Positions 61,426 to 64,000 of a stretch of DNA of 64,000 bases are shown piece after piece; positions within the stretch are counted from its first letter, which is position 1; each line of letters starts with the position of its first letter. This DNA is from Podarcis tiliguerta. Lineage: Eukaryota. The notes under the pieces were generated by a model that ran no database searches, was not told where the DNA came from, and worked only from the letters and a program-made list of their open reading frames with translations. The stretch is from assembly GCA_965153285.1 (NCBI GenBank), contig OZ229120.1; one strand, written 5' to 3'. Both the position numbers and the translations under genes were made by a program.

Positions 61426-63088
61426 TATTTGACACTATTAAAGGCAGTTTGCCTATTAAATATAATTGTTGATAGATTTAGCTGTTTCTGCTGCTCTCCT
61501 CACTGCAATTACTACACAGAAATGTGAGATCAAAACACAAATTTGACACTACTATCAAGTACTGAAGCAAAGCTTTCATGTTGGGAGGCAAAGGTGCCTT
61601 TATGCAGTTTGTTCTCACCAACCATGACAACAGGTATCTTGTTTTTAACTGGCCATAAAATACAACCTTCAGTATTTGCGAGTCAGTCACAGTTAAGCTT
61701 TTATAAGCATGGTTGCAGTGCTTATCATCTGGCAGCAATTAAGCATACCACAACCTTCCAAACTATGATTTTTGTGGGCCCCTTTATGTACTTTAGATAT
61801 GCTTCAGCAACACTATTTACACTGCCACCTGTAGTTGTTCTCATATATATATATATATGCATTTGCCAGAGACCCACATATTTTTATTGCCCTTAGTAGT
61901 CAGTCATTTCTTGTGTCTGCCACAATCACCCCTCCCCCCAGTTCTCTGGTAGGTGCAGAGGACTCAGCAGAGAGGTAAGCTTTTCACTTCATACCTGGCA
62001 GCAAGGCTGATTCTTACTGCTTCCAAGTGTTTAAAAAGGTGAACGAATAAATAACCCTTCCCTTTTGAAAATGCTGAAGGAACTGTGTTTCAAAGGGGAA
62101 AGTGTCTCAGTTGGGCAAGCTGTCACCAAGAAGTGTTTCCCAGTCACCAGTGGCAACTTAGGACTAAATTTATTGGATCTTGTGTCAAAACATGTCTACA
62201 AGGGTGTGAAAATGAGACTTCTATTAATTGGGCATAAGAAATCTACAATCTGTGTGACTATCATCATCATCATCACCAAGAATTCCGACCATACAAACCC
62301 TAGGCTATTTAACTCACTGCCATAAATGTCTCAATATAATTTATTTCATAAAATTTATATACCACTTGATTGTAAGGAGAAAAAAAATCAAATGGAGGCC
62401 TTCATTCTCTCTACGTAGTCCAGCCACTCTACTACTGCCAAAAACTACAAGGACTGCTGCACAAGTTTGCAAATTACGTCCAAATCATGTTGGTGAAAGT
62501 AAGAGTACACACAGTGATTAAGCGTTTATACTTAAAAGAGGCTAATATTACAATATATGCCACTGTGGAACTATCCACTATTCATTTTTACTAGGTTATA
62601 TCCTTTACTTTCAATGTGGCTACCAAACATAAACCTCTGAGAATGATGGGAATCTAAACCCTGGACTGTAAATTTTCAGATAAAAGTTTATACAGATATG
62701 TAAGCTCAACAAAACATCACTGACTGAATATTATAATCAGAACTTTTATCACTTTGCATTTGTTCATCTCCAGTGAAAAAGGCTTCTATAATTTCTTGTG
62801 CTTTACAACATATATTTTATATAACGGAAACTGAGACATACTCCATTAGTGTATTGTGCAGTGGTTAATCATCACCTATAAAAAGTCTCCTTCTAGAATT
62901 GCAAAGTAACAGCATATTAATTTTCATTAACTTGCAATAAATGTTTTCGCAAAGGACCTCCAATCAAAAACAAAGAATACAAATCTACACATTTCCTGAT
63001 ACGTCCTGTTTCTACACGTCATAAAGGCAATCAAAATGCACCTTCAATAACTCTACTTATGAACACTTATATAACATTAAAGATATAC

Positions 63089-63257
63089 CTTGGGAGGAAG
63101 TGAAGTATGCACTTTTTTTCGAGTCTCCAAACTACTTTCAGAGTCAGATTCTGAGCTGGAGTCTGAAGAACTTTCCTCAGCCGAACTAGATTCTGAATTT
63201 GAAGAAGCTAGAGCTGTCTGAGATTCCACTTTATTCTCTTCTGTGCCATCCAAGTCA
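63089..63257 (-). CDS. AP3B1: AP3B1 internal coding exon, Ser/Glu/Asp-rich hinge (DLDGTEENKVESQTALASSNSESSSAEESSSDSSSESDSESSLETRKKVHTSLPPK)
   Basis: Acceptor tttAG (63258-63259) and donor AAG|GTAT (63087-63088); 169 bp ending phase 0, in frame with the next exon; composition matches the acidic Ser-rich beta3A hinge. Confidence 0.85.
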
Positions 63258-63431
63258 CTAAATATAATATACATGCATAAGAAACTCAAGAGAAAGTTAT
63301 GAAATCTATAAAATGAGCCAATGTTGTATTATTATCAATAGCATTATTATTAACCTATTTACAGCTCTTTCAAAAGGCGGTGTAGTGTTGACTGTATATC
63401 AAATTAGTGAACAGGTATGAGCCTCTGGATA

Positions 63432-63793
63432 GGGACGTGGGTAGCGCTGTGGTCTAAACCACTGAGCCTAGGGCTTTGCTGATCAGAAGGTTGGCGGTTC
63501 GAATCCCCACGATGGGGTGAGCTTCCCGTTGCTTGGTCCCTGCTCCTGCCAACCTAGCAGTTTGAAAGCACGTCAAAGTGCAAGTAGATAAATAGGTTCC
63601 GCTCTGGAGGGAAGGTAAACGGTGTTTCCGTGCTCTGCTCTAATTTGCCAGAAGTGGCTTAGTCATGCTGGCCACATGACCTGAGCTGTCTGCGGACAAA
63701 TGCCGGCTACCTCGGCCAATAAAGCAGGATGAGCACTGCAACCCCAGAGTCGTCCACGACTGGACTTAACAGTCAGGGGTCCCTTTACCTTTA
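63432..63793 (+). mobile_element. Sauria SINE
   Basis: gggacgtgggtagcgctgtgg..ggttcgaatccc head, ctttacctttac tail, candidate TSD AGCCTCTGG (63420-63428 / 63796-63804). Confidence 0.92.
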
Positions 63794-64000
63794 CAAGCCT
63801 CTGGGTGTTACACAAAGCCTCCTGGCTCCTCCTTTTGTAAGAATGAGCAAAGAAACCAGAAGTCTATTGGGGAGTACTATGGGCTTGAATGCTCCAATTT
63901 GTATATACCAGTTTCCTTTGCCATATTCTGGAGCACAATAGCCATACCTAGTAGAGATGGTTTAAAGTTGGTTTTCAGCTCTGGCTTGGAGACAAGCTAT

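Noticed and set aside
1-64000. CRISPR arrays, operons or prokaryotic systems
   Set aside because: Sequence is intron-rich vertebrate DNA; no regularly spaced repeat-spacer array seen

Overview
Vertebrate genomic DNA from a squamate, probably a lacertid lizard (inferred from Sauria SINEs, BovB, CR1, L2 and Tigger-like MITEs). The only intact protein-coding gene is the 3' part of AP3B1 (AP-3 complex subunit beta-1) on the minus strand. Eight coding exons (63089-63257, 54456-54528, 52631-52737, 35120-35351, 34165-34249, 28890-28987, 21561-21699, 10047-10200) all have GT-AG boundaries and splice in frame to the C-terminus ...ELKPVLSQG*. The 3'UTR carries a miR-9 8mer site. The rest is intronic or downstream DNA with many transposon remnants (CR1, L1, L2, BovB, Sauria SINE, DIRS, Tc1/mariner and hAT MITEs, a probable internally deleted Tx1-like element) and a PPIL1 processed pseudogene fragment. 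Nine of the ten N-runs have lengths of 132+8n, which points to computational k-mer masking rather than assembly gaps, probably of deeply conserved non-coding elements. One masked block is bracketed by splice signals, and a candidate 9-nt microexon lies nearby. Most ORF-track entries are spurious or transposon-derived. Comparisons to human sequences and repeat families are from memory, not from a search.
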